A program made the position numbers and the translations under genes. The notes beneath the pieces are model-generated. The model had not been told where the DNA came from, made no database searches, and worked only from the letters and a program-made list of their open reading frames with translations. 64,000 nucleotides of DNA. Source: Squalus acanthias (Eukaryota). Below, piece after piece: positions 50,586 to 62,704 of this stretch. Location: NCBI GenBank assembly GCA_030390025.1, contig CM059433.1:8124001-8188000 (forward strand), given 5' to 3'. How positions within the stretch are numbered: the first letter of the stretch is position 1; the number at the start of each line of letters is the position of its first letter.

Positions 50586-51759
50586 ATTCAATAAGGTGCC
50601 ACATAAAAGATTATTACACAAGATTAGGGCTCATGAGGTTGGGGGTAATATAATAGCATGGAGAGAGGATTGGTTAACGGACAGAAAACAGAGAGTAGGG
50701 ATAAACGGGTCTTTTTCAGGTTGGCAGGCTGTAACTAGTAAGGTGCCGCAAGGATCAGTGTTGGGGCCTCAGCTATTTACAATCTCTATTAATGACCTAG
50801 ATGAAGGGACCGAATGTAATGTATCCAAGTTTGCTGATGATACAAAGCTAGGTAGGACAGTAAGCTGTGAGGAGAACAGAGTCTGCAAAGGGATATAGAT
50901 AGACTAAGTGAGTGGGCAATCAGGTGGCATGATGGAGTATAATGTGGGGAAATGTGATGTTATTCATTTTGATAGGAAGAATAGAAAAAGAGAATCATTT
51001 TTAAATGGTGAGAAACTTTCAAATGTTGGTGTTCAGAGAGATTTGGGTGTCCTCGTGCAAGAAACACAGAAAGTTAGCATTCAGGTACAGCAAGCAATAA
51101 GGAAGGCAAATGGCATGTTGGCCTTTATTGCAAAGGGGGTTGGAGTATATGAGTAAGGAAGTCTTGCTACAATTGTACAGGGCCTTGGTGAGACTACACC
51201 TGGAGTACTGTGCACAGTTTTGGTCTCCTTATCTAAGGAAGGATATACTTGCCTTGGAGGTGATGCAACGAAGGTTCACTAGATTGATTCCTGGGATGAG
51301 AGGGCTGTTCTACGATGAGAGATTGTGTAGAATGGGCCTATACTCTCTGGAGTTTAGAAGAATGAGAGTGATCTCACTGAAACATACAAGATTCTGAAGG
51401 GGATTGACAGGGTAGATGCTGAGAGGTTGTTTCCCCCTGGCTTGAGTGTCTAGAACTAGGGGGCATAGTCTCAGGATAAGGGGTCGGCCATTTACGACTG
51501 AGATGAGGAGGAATTTCTTCACTCAGAGGGTTATGAATCTTTGGAATTCCCTGCCCCAGAGGGCTGTGAATGCTGAGTCTTTGAGTATATTCAAGGCTGA
51601 GATAGATAGATTTTTGGACTCTAGGGGAATCGAGGGATATGGAGATCGGGCGGGAAAGTGGAGTTGAGGTCAAAGATCAGCCATGATCTTATTGAATGGC
51701 GGAGCAGGCTCGAGGGGCCGTATGGCCTACTCCTGCTCCTATTTCTTATGTTCTTACAG

Positions 51760-52255
51760 GAAAAGGAGAGGCCATTCAGCCCTTCGAGCCAGTTCCGCCA
51801 TTCAATTAGATCATGGTTGACCTGTATCTTAATTCCATGTACCAACTTTGGTTCCATATCCCTTAATACCCTTACCTAACAAAATCTATTAATCTCAGTT
51901 TTGAAATTTTCAATTGACCCCCAACCTCAACAGCTTTTTGGGGGAGAGAGTTCCAGATTTCCACGACCCTTTGTGTGAAGAACTGCTTCCTAACATCACC
52001 CCTGAATGGCCTGGCTCTAATTTTAAGGTTATGCCCCCCTTGTTCTGGACTCTCCACCAGAGGAAATAGTTTCTCTCCATCTACCCTATCAAACCCTTTA
52101 ATCATCTTAAACACCTTGATTAGATCCCCCCTTAACCTTCTAAACTCGAGGGAATTCAAGCCCAGCCAAGCAATCTGTCCTCATAACTTAACCCTTTTAG
52201 CCCCAGTGTTACTCTGGTGAATCTGCACTGAACCCCTCCAGGGTCAATATATCCC
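51760..52255 (-). mobile_element. Older CR1 3' fragment, tail-to-tail with the previous CR1
   Basis: ORF 51872-52159. Confidence 0.85.
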
Positions 52256-52446
52256 AGCAGAATGATAGTCCCCATTCTAAAATGAATTGTTAAAACCAGA
52301 ATAATGCTACTATTTAATAAGAATAAATGCAGGTCTCCTTTCATTGCAAACACCACTCTAAGTTTGGTAATGTAGATATATTTTATGTAAAATGTAGTTG
52401 CAAACCTACCTCTCTAAAGGTTATCGGGAGATTGGGGTTGTTTTCT

Positions 52447-53661
52447 AATGGATCCGTAGGAAGAACCAATGTGATCCGTAGGAAGGGCCAATGTGATCTG
52501 TATGAAGAATCAATGTGATCTGTATGAAGAACAATGTGATCTGTATGAAGAATCAATGTGATCCGTATGAAGAACCAATGTGATCCGTATGAAGGACCAA
52601 TGTGATCTGTATGAAGAACCAATGTGATCCGTATGAAGGACCAATGTGATCTGTATGAAGGACCAATGTGATCCGTATGAAGGGCCAATGAGATCTGTAT
52701 GAAGGACCAATGTGATCCGTATGAAGGACCAATGTGATCTGTATGAAGGACCAATGTGATCCGTATGAAGAACCAATGTGATCCGTATGAAGGACCAATG
52801 TGATCCGTATGAAGAATCAATGTGATCCGTATGAAGAACCAATGTGATCCATATGAAGAATCAATGTGATCCATATGAAGAATCAATGTGATCCGTATGA
52901 AGAATCAATGTGATCCGTATGAAGAACCAATGTGATCCATATGAAGAACCAATGTGATCCGTATGAAGGACCAATGTGATCTGTATGAAGGACCAATGTG
53001 ATCTGTATGAAGGACCAATGTGATCCGTATGAAGGACCAATGTGATCCGTATGAAGAATCAATGTGATCCGTATGAAGAACCAATGTGATCCGTATGAAG
53101 AACCAATGTGATCCGTATGAAGAACCAATGTGATCCGTATGAAGAACCAATGTGATCCGTATGAAGGACCAATGTGATCTGTATGAAGGACCAATGTGAT
53201 CCGTATGAAGGACCAATGTGATCCATATGAGGAATCAATGTGATCCATATGAGGAATCAATGTGATCCATATGAGGAATCAATGTGATCCATATGAGGAA
53301 TCAATGTGATCCGTATGAAGAACCAATGTGATCCGTATGAAGAACCAATGTGATCCGTATGAGGAACCAATGTGATCTGTATGAAGAATCAATGTGATCC
53401 ATATGAGGAACCAATGTGATCTGTATGAGGAACCAATGTGATCTGTATAAAGGAATCAATGTGATCTGTATGAAGGAATCAATGTGATCCGTATGAAGAA
53501 CCAATGTATCCGTATGAAGAACCAATGTGATCCGTATGAAGAACCAATGTGATCCGTATGAAGAACCAATGTGATCCGTATGAAGAACCAATGTGATCCG
53601 TATGAAGAACCAATGTGATCCGTATGAAGAACCAATGTGATCCGTATGAAGAACCAATGTG
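52447..53661. repeat. 22-bp minisatellite, ~55 copies
   Basis: Unit AATGTGATCCGTATGAAGAACC with variants. Confidence 0.97.
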
Positions 53662-53984
53662 TGCTCTACTTATCTGCTGCGCATTATGTTTAACTAAGAT
53701 TTTAAATAAAGAAATGGGCAGCGCTGGGACTATACATTCCAAGCTGAACAGTCAGTTTGCAAACAACACAAATTTCTGAAGGGGGAGCTAGTCAGCTGCT
53801 GAGAGCAGGAATTGCACTGAATTTACAGGAACAGTACCTACCACAGGGTCAGTTTTAGATTTCTGCTCACACTGGGAGGGTGCAGGATATCACAGCTAAC
53901 AGTGGTCAGCCCCAAGAAAGGCTGCATCACTTGCAGAACACAGTCTTACTCCTGCAATTCATTAGCAAACAGTTAGCAAGATAA

Positions 53985-54312
53985 ACAACGACAACCACAA
54001 CTTGTATTTATATAACGCCTTTAACATAGTAAAACGTCCCAAGGCGCTGCACAGGAGTATTTTAAGACAAAAAATTTGATACCGAGCCACATAAGGATAA
54101 ATTAGGGCAGGTGACCAAAAGCTTGGTCAAAGAGGTAGGTTTTAAGGAGCGTCTTAAAGGAGGAAAGAGAGGTAGCGAGGTGGACAGGTTTAGGCAGGGA
54201 ATTCCAGAGCTTAGGGCCCAGGCAACAGAAGGCACGGCCACCAAAGGTTGAGCGATTATAATCAGGGATGCTCAAGAGGGCAGAATTAGAGGAGTGCAGA
54301 TAATATCTCGGA
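53985..54312 (-). mobile_element. L2 3' fragment
   Basis: ORF 54102-54320 and (TTG) tail. Confidence 0.9.
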
Positions 54313-54448
54313 TACAACAAGTAGGTGAGACATTCATCTACAGCAATAAGTGGAAAGTACAGAGGAGCTAATGGGGGTGGTAGCGGGGGTAGACTGTACC
54401 TGTTCCAGCTAAATAAGGTGGGAAGGTGTCATTCCTATCTTTAGACCA

Positions 54449-54623
54449 AAAGTGAGAAGTCGCACAACACCAGGTTATAGTCCAACAGTTTTATTTGAAA
54501 TCACAAGCTTTCGGAGCTGCTGCTCCTTCGTGATTTCAAATAAAACTGTTGGACTATAACCTGGTGTTGTGCGACTTCTCACTTTTGTCCACCCCAGTCC
54601 AACACCGGCATCTCCGCATCATG
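54449..54623 (+). mobile_element. Fold-back PLE (P1) insertion
   Basis: 58-bp perfect inverted arms (54447-54504, 54530-54587); TSD ATCTTTAGACCA (54437-54448, 54624-54635). Confidence 0.9.
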
Positions 54624-54841
54624 ATCTTTAGACCAGAGCAATAGATTGATTACAATGTAGTTGCTAAATGTGCTCTGTCTCCACGTGCCCGCTGCCAATA
54701 CTGTGCTAAATCTGCAGCACGGGGACAAAAATGAAGATCTTCAAGGTAAAGTAAAGACCTAAAAATAAAAATTGACAGGCCGAGGCAGCAGTCACTTGGG
54801 GAAGTCATACAATAAGCTTGTTAGTGAGGGGAAACGTTCCA

Positions 54842-56431
54842 AAGAAAGAAAGACTTGGATTTATAAAGCACCTTTTAACATCCCAGCTAAAGTACTTTTT
54901 GAAGTGTAGTCACTGTTGTAATGTAGGAAACACAGCAGCCAATTTGCGCACAGCAAGGTCCCACAGACACCAATGTGATCATGACCAGATAATCTTTTTT
55001 AAAAAATGTATTCATGCGATGTGGGCGTCGCTGGCAGGGCCAGCATTTATTGCCCATCCCTAACTGCCCTTGAAAAGGTGGTGGTGAGCCGCCTTCTTGA
55101 ACCGCTGCAGTCCGCGTGGTGAAGATACATCTGCTGCCCTTGTCCTTCTCGGTGGAAGAGGTCGCGGGTTTGGGAGGTGCTGTCGAAGAAGCCTTGGGGA
55201 GTTGCTGCAGTGCATCTTGTAGATGGTACACATTGCAGCCACGGTACGCCGGTGGTGGAGGGAGTGAATGTTTAAGGCGGTGGGTGGGGTGCCAATCAAG
55301 CGGGCTGCTTTGCCCTGGATGGTGTCGAGCTTTTTGAGTGTTGTTGGAGCTACACTCATCCAGGCAAGTGGAGAGTATTCCATCAGAATCCTGACTTGTG
55401 CCTTGTAGATGGTGGAAAGGCTTTTGGGAGTCAGGAGGTGAGACACTCGCCGCAGAATACCCAGCCTCTGACCTGCTCTTGTAGCCACAGTATTTATGTG
55501 GCTGGTCCAGTTAAGTTTCTGGTCAATGGTGACCCGCAGGATGTTGATGATGGGGGATTCGGTGATGGTAATGCCGCTGAATGTCAAGGGGCGGTGGTTA
55601 GACTCTCGCTTGTTCAAGATAATCATTGCCTGGCATTTGTGTGGCGCAATTGTTGCTTGCCACTTATCAGCCCAGGGCCTGAATGTCATCCAGGTCTTGC
55701 TGCATGCAGGCATGGACTGCTTCATTATCTGAGGAGTTGTGAATGGCACTGAACACTGTGCAGTCATCAGCGAACATTCCCACTGCTGACCTTATGTTGG
55801 AGGGAAGGTCATTGATGGAGCAGCTGAAGATGGTTGGGCCTCGGACACTGCCCTGAGGAACTCCTGCAGCGATGTCCTGGGGCTGAGATGATTGACCTTC
55901 AACAACCACAACCATCTTCCTTTGTGTTAGGTATGACTCCAGCCAGTGTAGAATTCCACCCCCCCCCCGCACCCCCGAATCCCATTGACTTCAGTTTTAC
56001 TGGGGCTCCTTGATGCCACACTTGGTCAAATGCTGCCTTGATGTCAAGGGCAGTCGCTCTCACCTCACCTCTGGAATTCAGCTCCTTTGTCCATGTTTGG
56101 ACCAAGGCTGTAATGAGGTCTGGAGCCGAGTGGTCCTGGCGGAACTCAAACTTAATGATGCCGGTTGAGGGATAAATATTGGCCAGGACACCGGGGAGAA
56201 CTCACCTGTTCTGCTTCAAAAAGTGTCATGGGATTTTTAGGCCCACCTGAGGGCAGACTTGGCCTCAGATTAACGTCTCATCCGAAAGACGGCACCTCCG
56301 ACAATGCAGCACATCCTTATTACTTCACGGGAGTGTCAGCCTAGACTATGTGCTCAAATTTCTGGAATAAGTCTTGAGCCCACAACCTTCTGACTCAGAG
56401 GCAAAGGTGCTACCCACTGAGCCACAGCTGA
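54842..56431 (-). mobile_element. SacSINE1-like SINE split by a LINE insertion
   Basis: Tail part at 54842-54998 and head part at 56153-56431. Confidence 0.8.
54999..56152 (-). mobile_element. 3' fragment of the tRNA-headed LINE family
   Basis: ORFs 55060-55767, 55667-55972 and 55899-56105. Confidence 0.92.
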
Positions 56432-56514
56432 GAAGAGGGCGTTTTACGCAACATATTACCAGGGGAGCCTGAAACTGCAGGTGTGATGACATCAGATGTC
56501 ATGGTATATCATGA

Positions 56515-56703
56515 GAAGTCGCACAACACCAGGTTATAGTCCAACAGTTTTATTTAAAATTACGAGCTTTCGGAGCTGCTGCCCCTTCGTCAGGAGCAGC
56601 AGCTCCGAAAGCTCGTAATTTTAAATAAAACTGTTGGACTATAACCTGGTGTTGTGCGACTTCTCATTTTTGTCCACCCCAGTCCAACACCGTCATCTCC
56701 GCA
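56515..56703 (+). mobile_element. Fold-back PLE (P1) insertion
   Basis: 72-bp perfect inverted arms (56511-56582, 56596-56667); TSD TCATGGTATATCATGA. Confidence 0.9.
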
Positions 56704-56769
56704 TCATGGTATATCATGACCTGGTTAAAATGATTGGGGTTGCCGTACCGGAATATTGTGGCGCCCTGC

Positions 56770-57060
56770 AAACCTCCGAGATCTCGGCGCCCCTCCAATT
56801 CTGGCCTCTTGCGCATCCCCAATTTTTCCATCGCTTCACCATTGGCGGCCGTGCCTTCAGCTGCCTCGGCCCTAAGCTCTGGATTCCCTCCTTCATCCTC
56901 TCTGCCTCTCTCTCCTCTTTGAAGACATTCCTAAAAACCTATCTCTTTGACCAACCTGTCCGAATATCTCCTTCTGAGGCTTGTTTGATAACGCTCCTGT
57001 GAAGCACCTTGGGAAGTTTTACTACATTAATGGTGCGATATAAATGCAGGTTGTTGTTGT
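56770..57060 (+). mobile_element. Older L2 3' fragment
   Basis: TIGGRAFSCLGPKLW..LKTYLFDQ; (TTG) tail. Confidence 0.8.
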
Positions 57061-57160
57061 AGTAGCGGAGGCTCTCCGAAGCTGACTGCGCTTGGTAATC
57101 CGTGTTCCTCGGTAATATTTTTGAGAATGAGATCCATGTCTTTTATTCTAAAGACACTAG

Positions 57161-57898
57161 GGGCACGAAATTCAGTTACGCCCCGTTTGGGGGCAGTAAC
57201 CGAGTTAAGGCCGGACTTTTAGCGGCCGGTATGGAAGTACCGCCCCGGCCGCTAAATTCGGCTTAGCGCCCCGCACAGGAAGTGGAGCGCAATCTCAGGA
57301 GCTGCACTTCCTGGTGGGCCGTAACCGAGGTGATGTCGGGGCGCGATCGACAGCGCTCGGCGGAACGCTGCCGCGTTTCAACACCCCGCCCCTTCAGTTA
57401 AAGGGGAGGGCCGCTGCGCACTCTGCAGGGCCTCCGATAGCCCCCGCACTAGGCCACCAGGGCGGCGTGGTGCCACGGCAGCAGCCCGGCGCCAAGATGC
57501 GGTGCCAGGGCTGTGCAATGGCGGACAGGACCACGCCACGGCCCAGCACGGAGGGCCGACTTGGAGGTCGGCCAAAAAGAGAAAATGGCGGCGCGGGTCG
57601 CGACCGCACCTCCCCTTTAAATACCGCCGCACGAGTGGAGGTCGGCCTGGCTCCCGAATTTCTGCTGCGGGATGGTAAAGGTTCGCTGCGCACGGCGATG
57701 ACATCATCACCGGCGGCGCTGTGGCCCGGGGCGCTACCGGCGAGGGCGCGGTGTTATCGGGTAGCGCCTCAGCAACGCCCCGCCGAATTTCTTGGGAGTC
57801 GCTTTTTTCGCCCCCCCCTGAGCGATAAGCCCTTTGCGCCCCATTAGCGCCCCCTGGAGGCGCTAACGGCAGGCACAAAGGAGCCGAATCTCTAACCC
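57161..57898. mobile_element. GC-rich Harbinger-type MITE related to family A
   Basis: Shares aaattcag..cgccccgtttggggg and ctttgcgccccattagcgcc..ggcgctaacgg subterminal blocks; TSD TAG. Confidence 0.8.
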
Positions 57899-58939
57899 TA
57901 GTCATTTAAATACTGTCACACTGGGACTTGTATGACAATGGCTAACAAATGTCAAAAAGGGCTGGCATAAACAAAGTAAAATGAAATAAATAGATGACTA
58001 TCATATTATGAGCCATCTTGGAGGAGCACTAATTTCCTGTGGTGTTTTGGTTGATACGTTGGCAGCTGGGTTTGTCAGATCTTCATAGATTATTGAGATT
58101 TCAGAGACTGTTTTTAAAAAAAAAATTCTCTGAGCCATCTAAACATCTTGCATTTATCGCACATCCATCGCACTTTGGACATCACACTTCAAAGTGTTAA
58201 GAGTTATACGAAAGAAGGCTGTACTCACATCCTGGTTCCTCTCACCTGGACCCAAACATTTACAAGCACCTGTCGATCCGTAAACCCCTTTCACCAAAAG
58301 CAGTTAACCTCTGAGCTCAGGATTTACACTAATTAGACATGTGGCCTTAAACTAATAGGCCACATATAATACGTTGTATTTGACACGGTGAGACTGTTGC
58401 ATCGTTATAAAACAGCCTATCACAGGACTCACTGTACACAACGCCATGGGGACCTGCTATTTTTTTTATGTAAAAGCTCCACAGATTTAACTTTCTTTAA
58501 GTGCTCCCGCATTGAGGTGGCTGCTTAACGTGCTTCTTATCCTTTATAAACTGAAATTTGATCCATTGGTTCTTCATACTGATTTGATCCATTGGTTCTC
58601 CATAGATAGCTGGTCACATGTTGTAGCTCACAATGTTAGAAAGTAGCCCTATGGTATTACAATGCTGATATCACACAGCTGTCGAGTCACAGTCTTACAG
58701 AAACGTTTCAAGGAGAGGAGATTCGGCAATTCCCGACACTCCCTGGGCTTTGGAATCCACCTCGTCTACATTGCAGGGTGTATTCCGCAGCACCAGAGCA
58801 ACAGACTGTGCATATGCCGTTCTTTGAAAGCGGCAATTCTAGACTTTATTGCTGACTTTTCTTGCTGATAAGCCGAGTTGTCAGCAAGACAAAATGCTGG
58901 GCTAGAACACCAGAGTGTGGTATCCATGGTTCAAACATG

Positions 58940-59620
58940 ACAACAACAACAACAACTTGTATTTATATAGCGCGTTTAAAGTAGTAAAACGTCCCAAGGC
59001 GCTGCACAGGATTGTTATAAAACAAAATTTGACACCGAGCCACATAAGGAGAAATTAGGGCAGGTGACCAAAAGCTTGGTCAAAGAGGTAGGTTTTAAGG
59101 AACGCCTTAAAGGAGGAAAGAGAGGTAGTGAGGCGGAGAGGTTTAGGCAGGGAATTCCAGAGCTTAGGGCCTAGGCAACAGAAGGCACGGCCACCAATGG
59201 TTGAGCGATTATAATCAGGGATGCTCAAGAGGGCAGAATTAGAGGAGCGCAGATATCTAGGGGGATTGTGGGGCTGGAGGAGGTTACAGAGATAGGGAGG
59301 AGCGAGGCCATGGAGGGATTTGAAAACAAGGATGAGAATTTTAAAATCGAGGCGCTGCTTAACCGGGAGCCAATGTAGGTCAGCAAGCACAGGGATGATG
59401 GGTGAACGGGACTTGGTGCGAGTTAGGACACGGGCAGCCGAGTTTTGGATGACCTCAAGTTTACGTAGGGTGGAATGTGGGAGGCCAGCCAGGAGTGCGT
59501 TGGAATAGTCAAGTCTAGAGATAACAAAGGCATGGATGAGGGTTTCAGCAGCGGATGAGCTGAGGCAAGGGCGGAGACGGGCAATGTTACGGAGGTGGAA
59601 ATAGACGGTCCTTGTTATGA
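58940..59620 (-). mobile_element. L2 3' fragment
   Basis: ORF 59055-59627 (LIHAFVISRLDYSNALL..LHWLPV). Confidence 0.95.
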
Positions 59621-60285
59621 CCAACAAAAAAACACTTCTTCAAGTAGAGTCCCAGGGCCTCCGGAGGTTAATTTGTTTACAACACTGCCGCAAAAGTCAT
59701 GGCTGCCATGAATGACAGAGTTGTAAGGGCCAATTTTATTAATTCTGTGCCCCAGCGTGAAGCCTCGCTCACCCTTGGTGCATAACAGGAAATCAGGGCA
59801 CACTTGCCACAATTTTCCATTTGTAGGCCGCACACCTACGATTTCCTAACGTGCGCTACCAGTGGGTGAGTTTCCCCGACAGGACCACAATGTCGTAAAA
59901 TCAGCACTGTGATGTAAAAGAGGCAGAAAAAAAACTTGCGATATAAGACTGGAAATCTAAGTAACCTTACATGCACTTTCAATAAGTAAAGTGAACAATG
60001 TGGGATGTGAAGTAGTTTGGAGGCTCAATGCCTTGAAGTGATGTGTTAATAAACAAAGGAATATATTTTATTAGAAGAAAAATGGTACAGTTTCAAAGTG
60101 AAGTTCATTGACATATTGAGGTGCTGGTAATCTGAGATAAAACTGTGGCTGAATATTGGATGTTTTGCAGTTTGGAGATGGCAGTCACTGTGAGGTGTTA
60201 CCAATGAGTAAATGTATCAGAATAGAGCTATTGCAATTTGTGTTAAATTTAATACATCTGGCTGCAGTAACTGTTGTTTTAATTT

Positions 60286-60945
60286 GATGTTCCTAGGTGG
60301 CGCAGTGGGACAACATGCAATCCTTTCACTCTCACAGACCTGGGTTTCAATCCAACAACAACAACAACAACTTGTATTTATACAGCGCCTTTAACATAGT
60401 AAAACGTCCCAAGGCGCTGCACAGGAGTATTATAAGACAAAAAATTTGACACTGAGCCACATAAGGAGAAATTAGGGCAGGTGACCAAAAGCTTGGTCAA
60501 AGAGGTAGGTTTTAAGGAGCATCTTAAAGGAGGAAAGAGTGGTAGCGAGGTGGAGGGGTTTAGGCAGGTAATTCCAGAGTTTAGGGCCGAGGCAACAGAA
60601 GGCACGGCCACCAATGGTTGAGCGATTATAATCAAGGATGCTCAAGAGGGCAGAATTAGGGGAGCGCAGATATCTCGGGTGGTTGTGGGGTTGAAGGAGA
60701 TTACAAAGATAGGAAGGGGCGAGGCCATGGAGGGATTTGAAAATAAGGATGAGAATTTTGAAATCGAGGCACTGCTTAACCGGGAGCCAATGTAGGTCAG
60801 CGAGCACAGGGGAGATGGGCGAACAGGACTTGGTGCGAGTTAGGACCCAGATGAGATGAATGTCTCCTTCGCTGCGCTGGCTATAGAGATCCTACGTGAA
60901 ATTAGTTTGGCCAATCTTAATCCAGTTCCGAGTGGACATGGGGCT
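60286..60945 (+). mobile_element. Ancient LF-SINE-like SINE split by L2
   Basis: tRNA-like head ggtggcgcagtgg..cctttcac..ctgggtttcaatcc; body cctacgtgaaattagttt..tccagttccgagtggaca. Confidence 0.45.
60354..60845 (-). mobile_element. L2 3' fragment
   Basis: ORF 60472-60807. Confidence 0.93.
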
Positions 60946-61164
60946 ACAGTGTAAACCTGGTCCTAATTTGGCATTACACAAAAAAAAACTTGCATTTGTG
61001 CAGTGCCTCACCTCAGGAAACCCCAAAGCAGTTTACAACCAATCGATCATTTTTGGAGTATAGTCATTGATGTTATGTCGGCAAATGCATCACCCAATTT
61101 GCACAAAGTAAACTTCCACCAACAACAAATGAATGAATGACCAGATAGGGTCATATAATGATTG

Positions 61165-61570
61165 GAACATAAAAATATTAGGAACAGGAGTAGGTCATTC
61201 AACCGCTCGAGACTGTCCTGCCATTCAATTAGATCATGGCTGATCTGTACCTCAACTCCATTGATCCACCTTTGACCCATATTCCTTAACCCCCTTACCT
61301 AATGAAAATCTCATGTCAATCTCAGTCTTGAAAATTTCAATTGACCCAGCATCCACAACCTTTTGGGGGAGAGGATTACAGATTTCCACTACCCTTTGTC
61401 TGAAAAGTACTTCCTGATTTCACTCCTAGCACTAATTTTAGGATCGAGCCCCCTTGTTCTGGATTTCCCCACCGGAGGAAATAACTTCTCTGCATCGACC
61501 CTATCAAATCCTTTCTATCATTTTAAACATCTCAGTTAGATCACCCCTTGACCTTCTAAACTCAAGAAAA
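61165..61570 (-). mobile_element. Older CR1 3' fragment
   Basis: Homology to 51760-52160. Confidence 0.8.
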
Positions 61571-62547
61571 TACATGTTGGCCTTCTGACTGCTGCTCTCC
61601 AACAAGAGCCAGAAGAGCCCAAGGTTGGTGGCCAGGCCCACATCGGCCGGCCTCCTCGGCCCACAGCTGCACTCTTTTTTTTCCTGCCCGGTTGTCCGGC
61701 ACTAAGCCCAACAGGGTCTGTGTTGAGATTTCTCCCAAGCAACGTTAATGGCCTGGGACACCGAAATCAGCCATGGCTTGGTCTGGAGAGGGACAGCACA
61801 CCTTGATTGCGTTGTTCCAGTCCGGGAATGGAGTAAAGGTGGGCCAGGGAAATCAGCTAAGAATGCAAAATAAACACTGTCACATTAAAAGAAAAAGTCG
61901 TAATTTAAATAACAAACCTCAAGGCACTGTGCAGCTGGACGTGTGACTTTTCCTTTTGGTGAGCAGGGCGCCTGGTTTGTGGAAACCCATCATTCTGCTC
62001 AAGAGTGTCTCCAAACCTAAAACACTACAAAATCCACACAGGCGGAGTTTCTGTTTGCCCTTGAGAGACTGCACACTCTCCCCCCATAGGAACGCATCCC
62101 ACTTGCCTAATCCCGGAGAATTCAGGCACAGGTCACCAAGAGCTAAGCTTTCGGGAACCACCAAATTTGCACAGGGGGGGGGAAACTGATGGAGTTTAGT
62201 CAACTAAAAAAAAACACACACACAGCTGACCAGCACAAAGAGCTTCCAGCTGCTTATTCACAACAGGGTCGCCCGGCCCGTTACAACATTGTCTGGCAAG
62301 GTTACCTGGAATCGAATGGGGAGATTCCCCAGCTCCCTGATGATGGACGTTTACCTCCAGCTCACACCAGCCAGCTTAAGAAAGCGGCCCCCAGCATACA
62401 GCGTGCCCGCCTGCTTCAGGGGTATCAGGGTTGCCGAATCTGCCCACAAAGGGGTTGTTTCGCTTCTTCTCTCCATTGCCGGCGGTGCCATTTTGGAGCT
62501 TACTCAACTCCAAAGAGACTTTACTTACCCCCCCACCCACCCCCTTT

Positions 62548-62704
62548 CATAGAAACATGGAAAAATAGGAGCAGGAGTCGGCCATTCGGCCCTTCGAGCC
62601 TGCTCCGCCATTCAATGCGATCATGGCTGATCCTCTATCTCAATACCATATTCCCGCTCTCTCCCCCATACCCCTTGATGCCTTTTGTGTCTAGAAATCC
62701 ATCT
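62548..62704 (-). mobile_element. Short CR1 3' end
   Basis: Reverse complement of 31700-31860. Confidence 0.85.

Larger units (their letters stand above)
44800..51757 (+). mobile_element. Long CR1 ORF2 copy in three pieces (44800-45632, 48040-48286, 50586-51757)
   Basis: Collinear ORF2: PWLTKEVK..KSPGPDGLHPRVLKE..DWK / YRPVSLT..YLDFQKAF / NKVPHKRL..tail. Confidence 0.85.

Noticed and set aside
52383..53742. His-rich repetitive ORFs (LHTDHIGSSYGSH)
   Set aside because: Translation of a 22-bp minisatellite cycling through frames
57161..57898. CpG island or 177-aa ORF as a host gene promoter or exon
   Set aside because: Bounded by MITE-type termini and a TSD, and homologous to family A MITEs
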